A stretch of DNA of 64,000 bases from the human T2T-CHM13v2.0 reference genome, Homo sapiens. Location: NCBI RefSeq assembly GCF_009914755.1, contig NC_060938.1; one strand, 5' to 3'. A program made the position numbers and the translations under genes. Positions 43,470 through 57,258 of this stretch are shown here, piece by piece (positions within the stretch are counted from its first letter, which is position 1; the number at the start of each line of letters is the position of its first letter). Under the pieces are notes generated by a model. It was not told the DNA's origin, searched no databases, and saw nothing but the letters and a program-made list of their open reading frames with translations.

Positions 43470-44855
43470 CATATTTTTTGAGTAACAGTTATTGACCAAA
43501 TGGTAAAATCAGAGTGGCCATGTATTTTATACAAGTGTGGTAGGCTGAATAATGGCTTCTCAAGGTATCCAAATTCTACCTTCAAACTTCGTTAAGTGGA
43601 TGGGACCATGGGGAGAAGGGTGCTCCCGAAATGCTCATTTGCTGGATGAGCTGGATGATGCTGTTCTTGTATGATTCCAGGTTAAGATTGGACAAAAGAG
43701 AAACTTGAGCTCAATAAGTAGTCATTATTTTTGGAAAATTACCACAGTTAATATGGTGATAGACAGGCATAGTAGTGCCCTAAGGTCTAGATAATCTTTT
43801 CTCTCATCTCCTCTACATCCAGCTCACCTTTCTAATTACTAGCTCTAATGACCAACAGAGACCCCAGGCCTACCACTAGATACATGGCTACACATCACAG
43901 CAGATGTTGCATTGGAGCAACAGCATATCATAAACCTCTTTATAAGTCCCCGATTCCATATTTTGCTTTGGCAGTAGAAGGTTTTGGAACTTCTTATTTC
44001 CCAGCAAACCCTGAGTTGTCTATTCTCACTAGAAACTCTATGATCACCTGACTTTTCACTACATATTTTCACTTCCCAAACTCTTCCCATGTACCTGTGA
44101 AGTATACTCTCAGAATAAATTCTTTTTACATAGTTATTATACTGAGTCTACTTCCTTGACTGATACCTGACTGATTCATTGATAACATTCTATTTATTGA
44201 CTTGAGCGTTTGTTCCAAAATGTGTCCCTTTTTGAGAGAAATCATTAAGCCCTATATTTATGATTTTTGTTCTTTTTGAATTATGTCATACACTGGAGTT
44301 AAATGCTTACTTATAAAAGTCCTTTTAGGAATGATCATGAATGATTATGTTATATCAGACCAAATTCAATTTATTCTTACAACAGATATGCACAAACTAT
44401 ATATTCTTTCAGAGGAATAGTTCTGTTTGCCTTTTTATCTATGATAGCTATGTATCATCTATCAAAAATTCTAAAAAGAAAAATTACTGTGTTGTACTGT
44501 CTAATGTTGTTATCTCAAACTTCATTAAATGCTTTCTGCAATGCCACCTGTAGAAGGTTCCCTTCAATTTGAAATGATTTATTACCTGACAGTATTAGAT
44601 GCCTTAAAGAATCAGCTGTTTTCCTGGGTTATCATCTGAAAATAAGAATTGAGCTGACTGGTTATGAGATACAATAAGGAATCCCAGACTCTTTACCCAC
44701 TAATTTTGCTCAACACCAAGAAAATATAAAGATAATGCAAGACATATTTTTTGAGTAATAGTTATTGACCAATTAGTAAAATTAGAGTGGACATGTATTC
44801 TATGCAAGTGTGGTAGACTGAATAATGGCTTCTTAAGGTGTCCAAATTCTAATCC
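43470..44855 (+). repeat. ~110-bp direct repeat (43470-43580 and 44743-44855)
   Basis: catattttttgagtaa(c/t)agttattgaccaa...aagtgtggtag(g/a)ctgaataatggcttct...tccaaattcta occurs twice. Confidence 0.9.
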
Positions 44856-45310
44856 ATGGAGCCCGTGAACATGGTATTATACAGCAAAATAGACTTTGCA
44901 GATGGGATTAAATTAAGGATCTTGCAGTGGGGATATTTTCCTGCATTACTAGAATGGGTCCTAGATGTACTCACAGCTATTATTATAAGAAGAATGCAAA
45001 GGGAGATTTGGAAGACAGGAAGAAAAGGAAAAAGGTGATGTGATTATGCAAGCAAGAGAAGACTAGGTGATGTCACATGGGGCCATGAGCCAATGCAATG
45101 AGACCAGCCTCCAAAAACTGCAAAAGGTGCAGAAATTGATTCTCTCCTAGAATCTCCGGAGGAGGTGCAACTTTTCCAACACCTTGATTTTGGCCCAGTG
45201 AAACCCACTATAGACTTCTGGCCTTCAGTTTGTAAGAGAATAAATTTTTATTGTTCTAAGTCACCCGGCTTGTGGTAATTTGCTGAAGTTGTCATAGGAA
45301 ACTACTCTAA
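44809..45310 (+). mobile_element. MLT1D-like LTR
   Basis: tgtggtagactgaataatggc start; gactttgcagatgggattaaattaagg; cataggaaac end. Confidence 0.85.
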
Positions 45311-45680
45311 AAGAAAGAAACTGCTTCAAGAAGTTAAATCACTACATGCAAGAGTAATAAGCTGTACATTCTAAACAAAAAGAAAAAGGAGAAAATAAAC
45401 CCAAACATGCAGAAATAATGGTAGAACAGTTTGCATTCCTTTAACTAAAAGAGAGATGAAATCCAAAAACAAGGTGAGAATCTAACCACATAGAATTAAA
45501 GGTCTCAGTCCTGATCATATTTCCCACCAAAGCCTCCAAGTAGCCTTGGCTGTAGGATACTTCTCTTACCAATGACAACAATGTTAGAACAAAGACTTCA
45601 AATTCAATTTAATTAAGCCATAATTAGAGGAAAGTTCACACTTGGCATAATAATTTTTTCATGATAAAAGTCAAAGGTGG

Positions 45681-46023
<343 letters not shown>

Positions 46024-46500
46024 TCACCAAACAAGAATGAAGTCAATGTGAGATATATTTTGAGGTAATAATGCGTATCGATATCTCTTTACCTATGCAC
46101 ACATACAGAAAAACGTTTAAGCCTATGCACTCTAACTTGGAAATATTGCTATAAGGCACTAGAGGTTTGTTCTGAAAATTATTCTCATTTATCTGTAAGC
46201 CATTTCGCACATTCCTGATTTAATTTAAGTGTTATCTGGTAACAATGATATCTATTCCTTCCTCATTTTTCTAGCCCTTCATTCAGAATTACTTCCCTGA
46301 ATCTTGCCAGGCTGTCAGATTTTCTAGCTTCTGACTTTATTCTTTCTTATTTGTAAACTTAATTCAATCTTCAAAATGATTCATCTTACTTATTTTTCCT
46401 GTTTTATACTGGGTTATTACTAGGAATAGCACTCGTACTCACTATCTGTAATATGGACCCAGCCCCTGCTGGTAAAATACTGTAAGCTGGGACTTGCCCA

Positions 46501-47072
46501 TGTACAGGAGAAAGTTAATTGAGTGCACTATGTTGTTCTACCCCTGCCCATTCTCAAGAAAGGCCTTTTCTAATGGCCTTAGCTGAGCTCTTGGGCTATT
46601 GTGTCTCATAGCTTGTTTGTGTATGCCTGTGGCCTTGTGAAATGCTGTACCATTTTTGTCCAGATAGTTTATCCTAGTAATGTTATTTATGGTAAACACC
46701 TGCTTTGAATCTAGGAAGCTAGAGCGCCAGTAACCGAGGTCAATTACCTAGGCACTGTAAGACTACCTGACTGTGACTGCCAACAATAAAAAGACCTAGA
46801 CAACCAGGCACAGTTAAACTTCCTTGGATAGCAACATTCCACACATGTGGTGACAGATCATTGTTGGAGGAATCAAACTCATGCTGTGCTACTCCACTGG
46901 AAGGGATACTTAGAATTGGGCTGGACTTATCCCATGAGCTTTTTCCTTTTGCTGATTTTCTCTTTATCTTTTGACTATAATAAACTATCACTGTGAATAT
47001 AATAGCATCTGCAACCTGTAAGTCCTCATAGCAAATCATCAAGCTTGAAGATAGCCTTTAGAGCCCCCATAC
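46501..47072 (+). mobile_element. ERVL LTR (MER21C-like)
   Basis: tgtacaggagaaagttaa start; caataaaaagacctaga; aataaactatcactgtgaatataatagc; cccccataca end. Confidence 0.65.
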
Positions 47073-47544
47073 AGCCTTATTTCCCAGATCTGGGTCAGCA
47101 AAGAGTTTTTTCTCACATACTGTCATGGATAGTGCTACCACTTAAGTCTTGCTTATTTCTCCAGCAAAGTACTAAAGAGAGCATAGTTAGAACAATGATT
47201 GGAAGAAGTAATTTAACAGAACGCTATTTTAATAACAGGAGAAAGAAATCCTGTGAGTTATCCTTGAAATACTCTTAATGTCTCTCATTGTTTTTGCCTC
47301 ATTATGTGGCTAAGTAAAAGCTTATACCAGAATGGGATGGGTTAAATCTTGCATTTTCTTGTGTCTAATAAAGCTTACATTATAGCCTTATTTTTGTTTC
47401 ATGGTTTCTTTGCATTTATTGCTATAAAGTACTTTCATTTTTAAAGAGATACGGTAAAATAAGGTAATATAGTTTGTAAATGCGTTTTGTAAATAGATCT
47501 TAATAGCTAGAATGTGCATAATTGAATGAACCCTTAAACTTTGG

Positions 47545-49282
47545 TTATGGGATAAATTGTGTACTCCCAAAACTTTTAAGTTGAAATCCTAAACTCTAGT
47601 ACCTCAGAATGTGACTATTTGCAGATAAAGCCTTTAAAAAGGTATTTAAGGTTAAAACAGGTCAATGGGGTGAACCTTACAGTGACATGGTTTGGCTGTG
47701 TCCCCACCCATACCTCAACTTGAATTGTATCTCCCAGAATTCCCATGTGTTGTGGGAGGGACCCAGGGGGAGGTAATTGAATAATGGGGGCAGGTCCTTC
47801 CAATGCTATTCTCATGATAGTGAATAATACTCATGAGATCTGATGGATTTAACAGGGGTTTCCACTTTTGCTTCTTCCTCATTTTTCTCTTGCTGCCTCC
47901 AAGTAAGAAATATCTTTCACCTCCCACCATGATTCTGAGGCCTCCCCAGCCATGTGGAACTCTAAGTCCAATTAAACCTCTTTTTCTTCCCAGTCTTGGG
48001 TATGCCTTTATTGGTAGTGTGAAAATGGACTAAAACAGTAAATTAGTACCAATAGAGAGGGGAGTTGCTGAAAAGATACCCAAAAATGTGGAAGCAACTT
48101 TGGAACTGGGTAACAGGCAGAGGTTGGCACAGTTTGGAGGGCTCAGAATAAGACAGGAAAATGTGGGAAAGTTTGGAACCTCCTAGAGACTTGTTGAATG
48201 GCTTTGACAAAAATGCTGATAGTGATATGAACAATAAGGTCCAAGCTGAGGTGGTCTCAGATGGAGATGAGGAACTTGTTTGGAACTGGAGCCAAAGTGA
48301 CTCTTGTTATGTTTTAGCAAAGAGACTGGTGGCATTTTTCCCCTTCCTAGAAATTTATGGAACTTTGAACTTGAGAGAAATAATTTACGGTATCTGGAAG
48401 AATAAATTTCTAAGTAGCCAAGCATTCAAAATGCGACTTGCGTGATGTTAAAAACATTCTGTTGTAAAAGGGAAACAGAGCAAGAAAGTTCAGAAAATTT
48501 GCAGCCTGATGATGCAGTAGAAAAGAAAAACTCATTTTTCAAGGAGAAATTTAAGCCAGTTGCAGATATTTGCATAAGTAGAAGGCAGCCTAATGTTAAT
48601 CCTCAAGACTATGGGGAAAATGTCTCTAGGGCATGTTAGAGGTCTTCACCTGAAGCTCCTCCCATCACAGGCCAGCAGGCCAAGGAGGAAAAAATGGTTT
48701 CATGGGCCAGGCCCAGAGTCCCTGAGCTGTGTGCAGCCTAGGGATGTGGTACCTTGTGTCCAGCTGCTTTAGCAGTGGCTGCAAGGGGCCAATGTAGGGC
48801 TCAGGCTGTGGCTTCAGAAGGTGGAAGCCCCAAGCCTTGGCAGCTTCCACATGATATTGAGCCTGTGGGTACACAGAAGTCAAGAATTGAGGTTTGGAAA
48901 CCTCCAATGTAAGAAGTGCCTTTTGCTTCACACCATGATTCTGAGGCCTCCCCAGCCATGTGGAAATGGAAGTCCAATTAAACCTCTTTTTCTTGCCAGT
49001 CTTGGGTATGTCTTTATCAGCAGCATGAAAATGGACTCATACAACTGGTCTTCTTCTAAAAAGAGGAGACTGAGACACACACAGAAGAAAGACCATAAAT
49101 ATGTGGCAACAGTAAGAAGGTGGCCATTTACAAGTCATGGAGAGAGACCTCAGAAGAAACCAGGCCTACTGAAACCTAGATTTCAAACTTCCAGCCTCCA
49201 GAATTCTGAGGAAATATACTTCTATTGTTTAAGCCACCCAGTCTGTGCTACTTTGTCATGGCAGCCCTAGCAAACTAACACA
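47545..49282 (+). mobile_element. MLT1B-like LTR split by a THE1 insertion
   Basis: 5' part 47545-47682 (gttgaaatcctaa...acctcagaatgtgactatttg); 3' part 49044-49282 (gcagccctagcaaactaacaca). Confidence 0.82.
47683..49043 (+). mobile_element. THE1C-like element: 5'LTR (47683-48037), partial internal region, partial 3'LTR
   Basis: tgacatggtttggctgtgtccccacc LTR start; THE1-int gtggaagcaactttggaactgggtaacaggcagagg; second partial LTR at 48906-49043. Confidence 0.9.
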
Positions 49283-49919
49283 GCCTCCAAACTGTAAAAC
49301 TACTAATTTCCCTTTAGCATACATTGTAAACTATATGTAATGATCTGATAAACATACCTAGTGAGTGCACAGTTATCAATTTGATAATATTAAATATTTC
49401 AAAAACTTAATTTCCTTCTTAGTGCTTTAAAAAAAATAATACATCTGCTCTAGAGTTTCTTATAACCCTGATTTCTAAATTTATGGTTTCTAGTGTGTAA
49501 CTCATGGAACAGGTAGCTGAAGATTAAATACATTTTGATATCACACAATAACTCTAGACTAAATAAATAATGCCTTGTACATGCCAATATTCCAAACTTT
49601 CAAATATATGTAAATGATATTCCTGTTATCAAGATACAAAATTTCTTGCAAGTATTTCTAAATGCATTGTAGTGCTTTGCCATTGATTAATGAATTTTAA
49701 GGGAAAAGTTGTCATATAGTAATCCAGGTGGTTTTTGTGTTATAAAAAAGTAATCATACCAGGTGTATAGAATCTTCAAAAGAATATCTTCTTCAATTTT
49801 AAATAAGGATGGGAAACGTGTCCTTTTCTTTGAAAAAAATAGCATAGTATGTGGTTAAAATCATAGAAGGAAAAGATAAATTCTATAATACTGATTTTAA
49901 AATTTTTATTTGCTAACAT

Positions 49920-52045
49920 TGTTGATAGTTTCTTTTGCTGTGCAGAAGCTCTTTAGCACAACTAGGTGCATCTTGTCAATTTTTTCTGTTACAATTGCTT
50001 TTGAGAAGTTAGCCATAAATTCTTTGCCAAGACCAATGTTGAGAAGTGTGTTTCCTTTGTTGAACCCCAAAAGGGTGTTTTCTTCTTGACGTTCATTTTA
50101 TTCTGGGATTTTTATAGTTTGAAGTTTAAATTTAAGTCTTTAATTAATCTTTGGTTAATTTTTATATATGGTGAAGGGTAGGGGTTCATTTCATTCTTCT
50201 GCATTTGGATAGCTAATTATCTCAGTATCATTTACTAAATAGGAAGTCCTTTCACCAATGTTTATTTTTTGTTGAGTTTGTCGAAGATCAGATGGTTGTA
50301 GGTATATGGCTTTATTCTTGGGTTCTCTGTTCTGATCCATTGGTCTGTGTTTCTGTTTTTGTACCACTACCATGTTTATTTTTTTTTTTCTTTTGTTACT
50401 GTAGCCTTGTAGTGTAGTTTGAAGTCATGTAATGTGATGTTTCCAGCGTTGGTCTTTTTGTTTGCAATTGCTTTGGTTGCTTAGTCTCTTTTTGGTTCCC
50501 TATAAATTTTAGAATAGCTCTTTTCTAATTCTGTGAAAAATGATACTGGCATTTTGATAGGCATAATCTTGAATATGTAGGTTGGTTTGCAGAATGGCCA
50601 TGTTGACGATATTGATTCTTCCAATTCATGAGAATGAAATATGTTTTCATTTGTTTGTGTCCATTATGATTTCTTTCAACAGTGTTTTGCAGTTCTCCTT
50701 GTAGAGGTCTCCCATCTTCCTGGCCACATGTATTCCTAGGTATTTTATTTTTTTGTGTGGCTATTACAAAGGGGATTGCATTCTTGATTTTGCTCTCAGC
50801 TTGAACATTATTGGTGTATACAAATGTTACTGAATTTTTTTGCATTGATTTTGTATCCTGAAATTTTACTGAAATTATCAGTTCTAGGAGCCAATTTGTA
50901 TAGTCTTTAGAATTTTCTAGGTATAGAATCACATCATCAATGAAGACAGATAATTTAACTTATTATTTTCCTGTTAAGGCATCTTTATTTCTTTCCCTTG
51001 CCTGATTGCTGTGGCTAGAACTTGCAGTGGTATGTTGAATAGGAGTGGTGAAAGTGGGCATCCCTGTTTATTCCAGTTTTTAAGGGGAATGCTTCCAGCT
51101 TTTGCCTACATTATGGGAGAAAATATTTACAAACTGTGCATCCAACAAAGAGGTCTAATATCCAGACTCTGTAAGGAACTTAAGTCAACAAGTAAAAAAC
51201 AAATAACCTCATTAAAAAGTGGACAAAGAATGTGAACAGACACTTCTCAAGAGAAGACATAAAGGCAGCCCACAAACATAAAAACATGCTCATCATCACT
51301 AATTATCAGAGAAATGCAAATCAAAACTACAATGAGATAACATCTTACAGTAGTCAGAATGGCTACTATTAAAAAGTCAGACTATAACAGATTTTGGCGA
51401 GGCTGCAGAGAAAAGAGAACACTTATACGCTGTTAGTGGGAAAGTAAATTAGTTGAGCCACTGTGAAAAGCACTTTGGAGGTTTCTCAAAGAACTAAAAA
51501 TAGAACTACCATTCAACTCAGCAATCCCATTACTAGGTACATACCCAAACGGAAATAAATTGTTCTACCAAAAAGACAAATGCACTTGTATATTCATTGC
51601 AGTACTATTCACAATAGCAAAGATACAGAATCAACCTAGGTGCCCATCAACAGTTGACTGGATAATGAAAATGAGGTACATATACACCATGAAATACTAC
51701 ACAGCCATAGAAAGAACAAAATCATGCCCTTTGCAGCAACATGGATATAGCTGGAAACCATTATCCTAAGCAAACTAACACAAAAACAGAAAACCAAATA
51801 CCATATGTTTCACTTATAAATAAAACATGGACATAAAGATAAGAGAAAACAGACATCGGGGACTACAAAAGGGAGTAAGGAGGAACTGGGGCAAGGATTT
51901 AAAAACTTCCTTTGGAAGCTATGCTCATTGCCTGGGTAACAGGGGTTCAATTGTACTCCAAACTTTAGTATCATGCAATACTCCCCTGTGGCAAACCTGC
52001 ACATCTACCCACTGAATCTAAAATAAAACTTGAAAAAAATAAATT
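49920..52045. mobile_element. L1PA16-like 5'-inverted (twin-primed) L1: 49920-51105 minus, 51103-52045 plus
   Basis: Reverse ORF2 piece (ILYLENSKD..IISVKF) abuts a forward 3' end with an A-tail; the two pieces are nearly adjacent in the L1 consensus. Confidence 0.88.
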
Positions 52046-52621
52046 GCTATTTTGCACATAGCAAAAAAAAGAAGCCAAGAGATTTTCATTGATTTGACAA
52101 AGACTTATTTATATAACCTGAGTCATTCAATTTTGTAAAGGAAATATAACAAGGTTGTTTGTGCTCCCTGAAGCTGGCCTAAATGTGTTCAATTTCCTGC
52201 ACCACAACTTACTACCTGTGTGATATTGGAATAATTTAATATCTAAGCCTCAGTTTTCATAACTATAAAATGGAGCAAATCAATTTTCCTTACAGGACAG
52301 TTGTGAGAGTGAAAAGAGAAAAAGCATGCAAAGCACTTGACACAAGATCTACTAAAAAAAAGCACTGAACAATGGGACATCTCCTTTAGCCTTAAGCTTA
52401 CTCTTCTTTATATGCCCTGTTACACTGTATGGACCTACACAGTCACCTACCTTCACTGTCTGGGGAACAGCGATATTGAGAATGTTACAGAAAAGAAAAA
52501 ATCATAGATATTCAGCAGGAAGCAAAACAACTTAAACTCTGCTAATTTCCCTGAAACCAAGTAATTTAATTTATAGCTACATGATACCTTCCTTCCCTGA
52601 TGAATTGGAATGGCTCTTGTG

Positions 52622-53331
52622 ATAATCAGTGGCTTATTCCGGTCTGATGTAAGCTTATGCAATGGAGAATGTCTTCATGTTACTTATATTAACATTATTG
52701 CTTCTATTAAGTAATATATTAGTCCAATGTAATGTTAGGAGTTCAACAGAGTGATTAGGATTTAAAATAATTCAATAGAGTGATTAGGATTTAAAATAAT
52801 TGGACATTGAGCTTGAACGTTTTCTTAATTGGTGGCTGCCTTTGGACCAACTATGGTGGTAATATTTTTTACTCTCTGTAGGAAGGCTGTTTCCTAGGGT
52901 GTAAAGAGCTGTCTCTCTTTAGACTAACAGTTAAACTAACAGGGAGATTAAGAATTCTGTGGGTAAGTTTAAAGTTAACTAAGATTCCCTCTTGGACAAC
53001 CAGCTATCACCAGGCCTGGTAGGCTTGTCACCGCTGTTCATGAATCTTCTCACTATTTTGCCACCAGGTAGGTGTGCTCTTTCTGCTGTTCTTGGGTAGC
53101 TCATCTGGTTTTGGGGGACTTGGCTATAGTTCTCCATGTAAAGTTATTTCTAGTTAATAGATTATGTAGAAGGTATAAAAGTTTCTCTTTGCTTTTTAAT
53201 GCTTGATTCAGTTCTTTCATCTTTCCCTTACAGTACCATGTCTATTGAGCCAGGATGAAACTTCTATAGCCTATACTTTTGTCTAAGGTAAATTGATAGT
53301 ATTTTTAGTGAGGTTTGGGGCTAGAGTTGGC
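52622..53331 (-). pseudogene. mt 16S rRNA pseudogene (5' ~700 nt)
   Basis: Follows tRNA-Val; ends near gcataagcttacatcagacc, before the humanin region. Confidence 0.92.
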
Positions 53332-53400
53332 TCAAAGTGATCAGGTCATGATGAAATTTTCCAGGTGTAAGCCGGATGCCTTGGGTTAAGCTACACTTTA
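53332..53400 (-). pseudogene. mt tRNA-Val pseudogene (anticodon TAC)
   Basis: Reverse complement TAAAGTGTAGCTTAACCCAAGGCATCCGGCTTACACCTGG...CACTTTGA, 69 nt, between 12S and 16S. Confidence 0.92.
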
Positions 53401-54341
53401 CTTTTCCCAAATGTACTTTCCAGTATGCTTACCGTGTTACGACTTATCTCCTCTCAACGTGTGTAGAAAGTATTTAGTAATAGTAATCTCTAGAATAGTA
53501 CTGGAGGAGGGTGATGAGCAGTGGGTGCATGCTTCATGGCCAAGCACTCTGCTCTGGGTTTACTGCTACATCCTCCTTGAGCCATTAGATTTCATAAAGG
53601 TAGTCATGATATTTTCTGGATATAGAAAATGTAGCCCAATTCTTGCCACCTCATGAGCTACACAAACCAGATTTTTATGTGTACACTTGTGCTTACTCTA
53701 CAACCTTTTTAGGGTTTGCTGAAGATGGCGGTAATAGGCTGGGGGCAAGAGGTGGTGAGGTGTATCGGGTTTATCGCTTATAGAACAGGCTTCTCTAGAG
53801 GGATATAAAGAACTGCCAGGTCCTTTGAGTTTTAAGCTGTTGCTCGTAGTATTCTGACGAATGGTTTTGTTAATGTAACTACTAGAGTTTAGGGCTAAGC
53901 ACAGTGGGGTATCTAATCCCAGTTTGAGTCTTAGCTATTGTGTCTTCAAGATACTAAAGCCACTTTCGTAGTATATTTTATTTCAGCTAAAGTTTTTTTA
54001 CAACTTAGATGGAGTTTAGGTTTATTGAGGGCAGACCTTAAACACGCTTTAGGCCGAGTTCTATTAGCTTGCGTTAATCATATGGCTGTGGTGGCTGGCA
54101 TGAAATTGACTAACCCTAGATATCAGCATAGCTTAGTTAAACTTTCATTTATTACTAAAGATTTATCACTGCTGTTTCCCGTTGGGGTGTGGTTGAGCAA
54201 AGTGTTTTGAGCTGCATTTGTGGGCCCTTGATACTTGCTCCTTTTGATGCGGGTGATCTAGAGGGCATTTTCACTCGGGCGGGGATGTTTGCATGTGTAA
54301 GCTTACTAAGAGTTAATAGAAAGGCTAGGATCGAGCCTATC
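53401..54341 (-). pseudogene. mt 12S rRNA pseudogene, essentially complete
   Basis: Conserved 12S blocks, reverse complement caaactgggattagataccccact and gtcgtaacacggtaagcatactggaaagt. Confidence 0.95.
53604..53654 (-). other. MOTS-c-like small ORF, MRWQELGYIFYIQKIS*
   Basis: ATG AGG TGG CAA GAA TTG GGC TAC ATT TTC TAT ATC CAG AAA ATA TCA TGA at the MOTS-c position in 12S; the ORF is read directly, expression is unknown. Confidence 0.85.
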
Positions 54342-54412
54342 CGTTTATGGAATTGTGTAAACCCATCTAGACATTTTCAGTGTCTTGCTTTGAATAATTA
54401 AGCTACATTAAC
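54342..54412 (-). pseudogene. mt tRNA-Phe pseudogene (anticodon GAA)
   Basis: Reverse complement GTTAATGTAGCTTAATTATTCAAAGCAAGACACTGAAAATGTCTAGATGGG...CCATAAACG. Confidence 0.93.
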
Positions 54413-55107
54413 TGCGTAAATACTTCAATGTAAAACTAAAATATGAGAAGGAAAGAAGTAAGTATAAGCAATCGTTTACAGTTCCGGGAATTCACGGTCT
54501 TTACAGTTGAATTGGCAGAGGTTTGGCTGAGAAGGTTACTCATAATTAGGATATAATTGATTTAGGGTATGATATATGGGGTAGTGCTTTCAGAGGAATA
54601 TGTTCAAGATATATTAGTATAATGGTGGAAGTATTGTGTTTATTATATAGAACGGAGGCTTAATTTAGTTAGGGGTCTTAAGATTTTTAGGAAAATTGCA
54701 TCAATTGAAGGGTAGCTGTTGGGATATTCACTGTTAAACTATGATTTCTGGGCTCTGACTGGGTGGCATGTTAGTCTCTTGTTTTTGGGGTTTGGCAAGG
54801 GTACTTTACCTGGACTGATGGAAAGTCAGAGATCAGGGGAGAGAGGGTTTGCGGATCTAATCGGAAATAGTTCTTGAAATTGAGTGTACGTGCGTTGAGC
54901 GTTAGGTGTGTTGGGCGTACGTATCTATTAAATAATTGTTATGTCCTTTAAGCATGAATTATTTCACACCTTAAGGTAGTTATGCCAGGTTGGAATATTC
55001 AATATAAGCTCAGCTTCTACAACGGATTTGGTAGGAATCAAATCCGAGTACGGCTACAGCAGATTCAGAGGGGACCAGGCCTTCCGTGATGGTGAGTGAT
55101 AGCATCC
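54413..55107 (-). other. Fossil mt control region with CSB1, CSB2 and CSB3
   Basis: Reverse complement CSB3 tgccaaaccccaaaaacaa (54779-54797), CSB2 caaaccctctctcccc (54836-54851), CSB1 taattcatgcttaaaggacataa (~54939-54961). Confidence 0.88.
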
Positions 55108-55181
55108 TGGTCTAATTTTTTACTAAACCCAACGGCCTTTTATAAAGGCATTTTAAAATATGACAATTGAAAAATATTTTG

Positions 55182-55570
<389 letters not shown>

Positions 55571-56193
55571 TCATGTCAACAATGCTTTGTGATCATTTTT
55601 ATTTTTAAAACAAGTGCTAAATATCAAAGACAAAGAATTAATGTGTATAAAACTTTTTAAAAAATTAGTATATTTTCCATTTGTAAATGAGACATAACAA
55701 TGTTTAAAGTGAGAATAATTTCACTTGGTTAACAATTTAGTATATGGGAAGACACAAACAATTGTATATTGTAAAGGAGGTTGAGCTTGCACAAATCTTG
55801 AGATAAAGCAATGCAGAATGATATAGAAATCAGCCCTTTAAAAACTACCAGGAAAATGATTCACCAATTCATCAAACATAGGACATTTCTTTATTAACTC
55901 TCTTTCTGAAAATCCATTACTTATTCGTATATTTGTAATTTTTTTTCATTTTACATTAGAGTATTTTGTCTTACGTGATTGTTTTTGCCTTTCCCTCACC
56001 CTAAGCAAATTATTATAGATTAAAAAAAAAAAAGACAAACTTATTTTCTATGGTCTCCTGACATTTCCAGTTGCCAAGGATCCTCATTCAGAGAACATCG
56101 GCTGGTAAATTTATAAAATATGATGGAAGCCTATATTGAATAAGATATTTACGGAACATATTTCTACTGTGTAGCACAGAATTAATGGCATAA

Positions 56194-57178
<985 letters not shown>

Positions 57179-57258
57179 ACAACTAAAAGACTACTGAGTA
57201 CAGGGACAATTAGTATATCTTCAAAAGAATACAATGCAAAGAACAATATAGTAAATAT

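Larger units (their letters stand above)
52622..55107 (-). pseudogene. NUMT: partial control region, tRNA-Phe, 12S, tRNA-Val and 5' 16S
   Basis: Colinear reverse-complement similarity to mtDNA (gtggggtatctaatcccagtttg; cttaccgtgttacgacttatctcct; gacaaccagctatcaccaggc), with many substitutions and indels. Confidence 0.97.

Noticed and set aside
52853-52897. SHLP2-like ORF in the 16S NUMT (plus strand)
   Set aside because: Frameshifted and truncated to MVVIFFTLCRKAVS*.
53199-53258. SHLP3-like ORF in the 16S NUMT (plus strand)
   Set aside because: Premature stop after 19 codons (MLDSVLSSFPYSTMSIEPG*).
52622-53331. Humanin-like (MTRNR2L) gene
   Set aside because: The NUMT ends upstream of the humanin-coding part of 16S.
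53332-54412. Functional tRNA or rRNA genes
   Set aside because: Mitochondrial-type sequences embedded in Alu/L1-rich nuclear DNA, with substitutions and indels; called pseudogenes.
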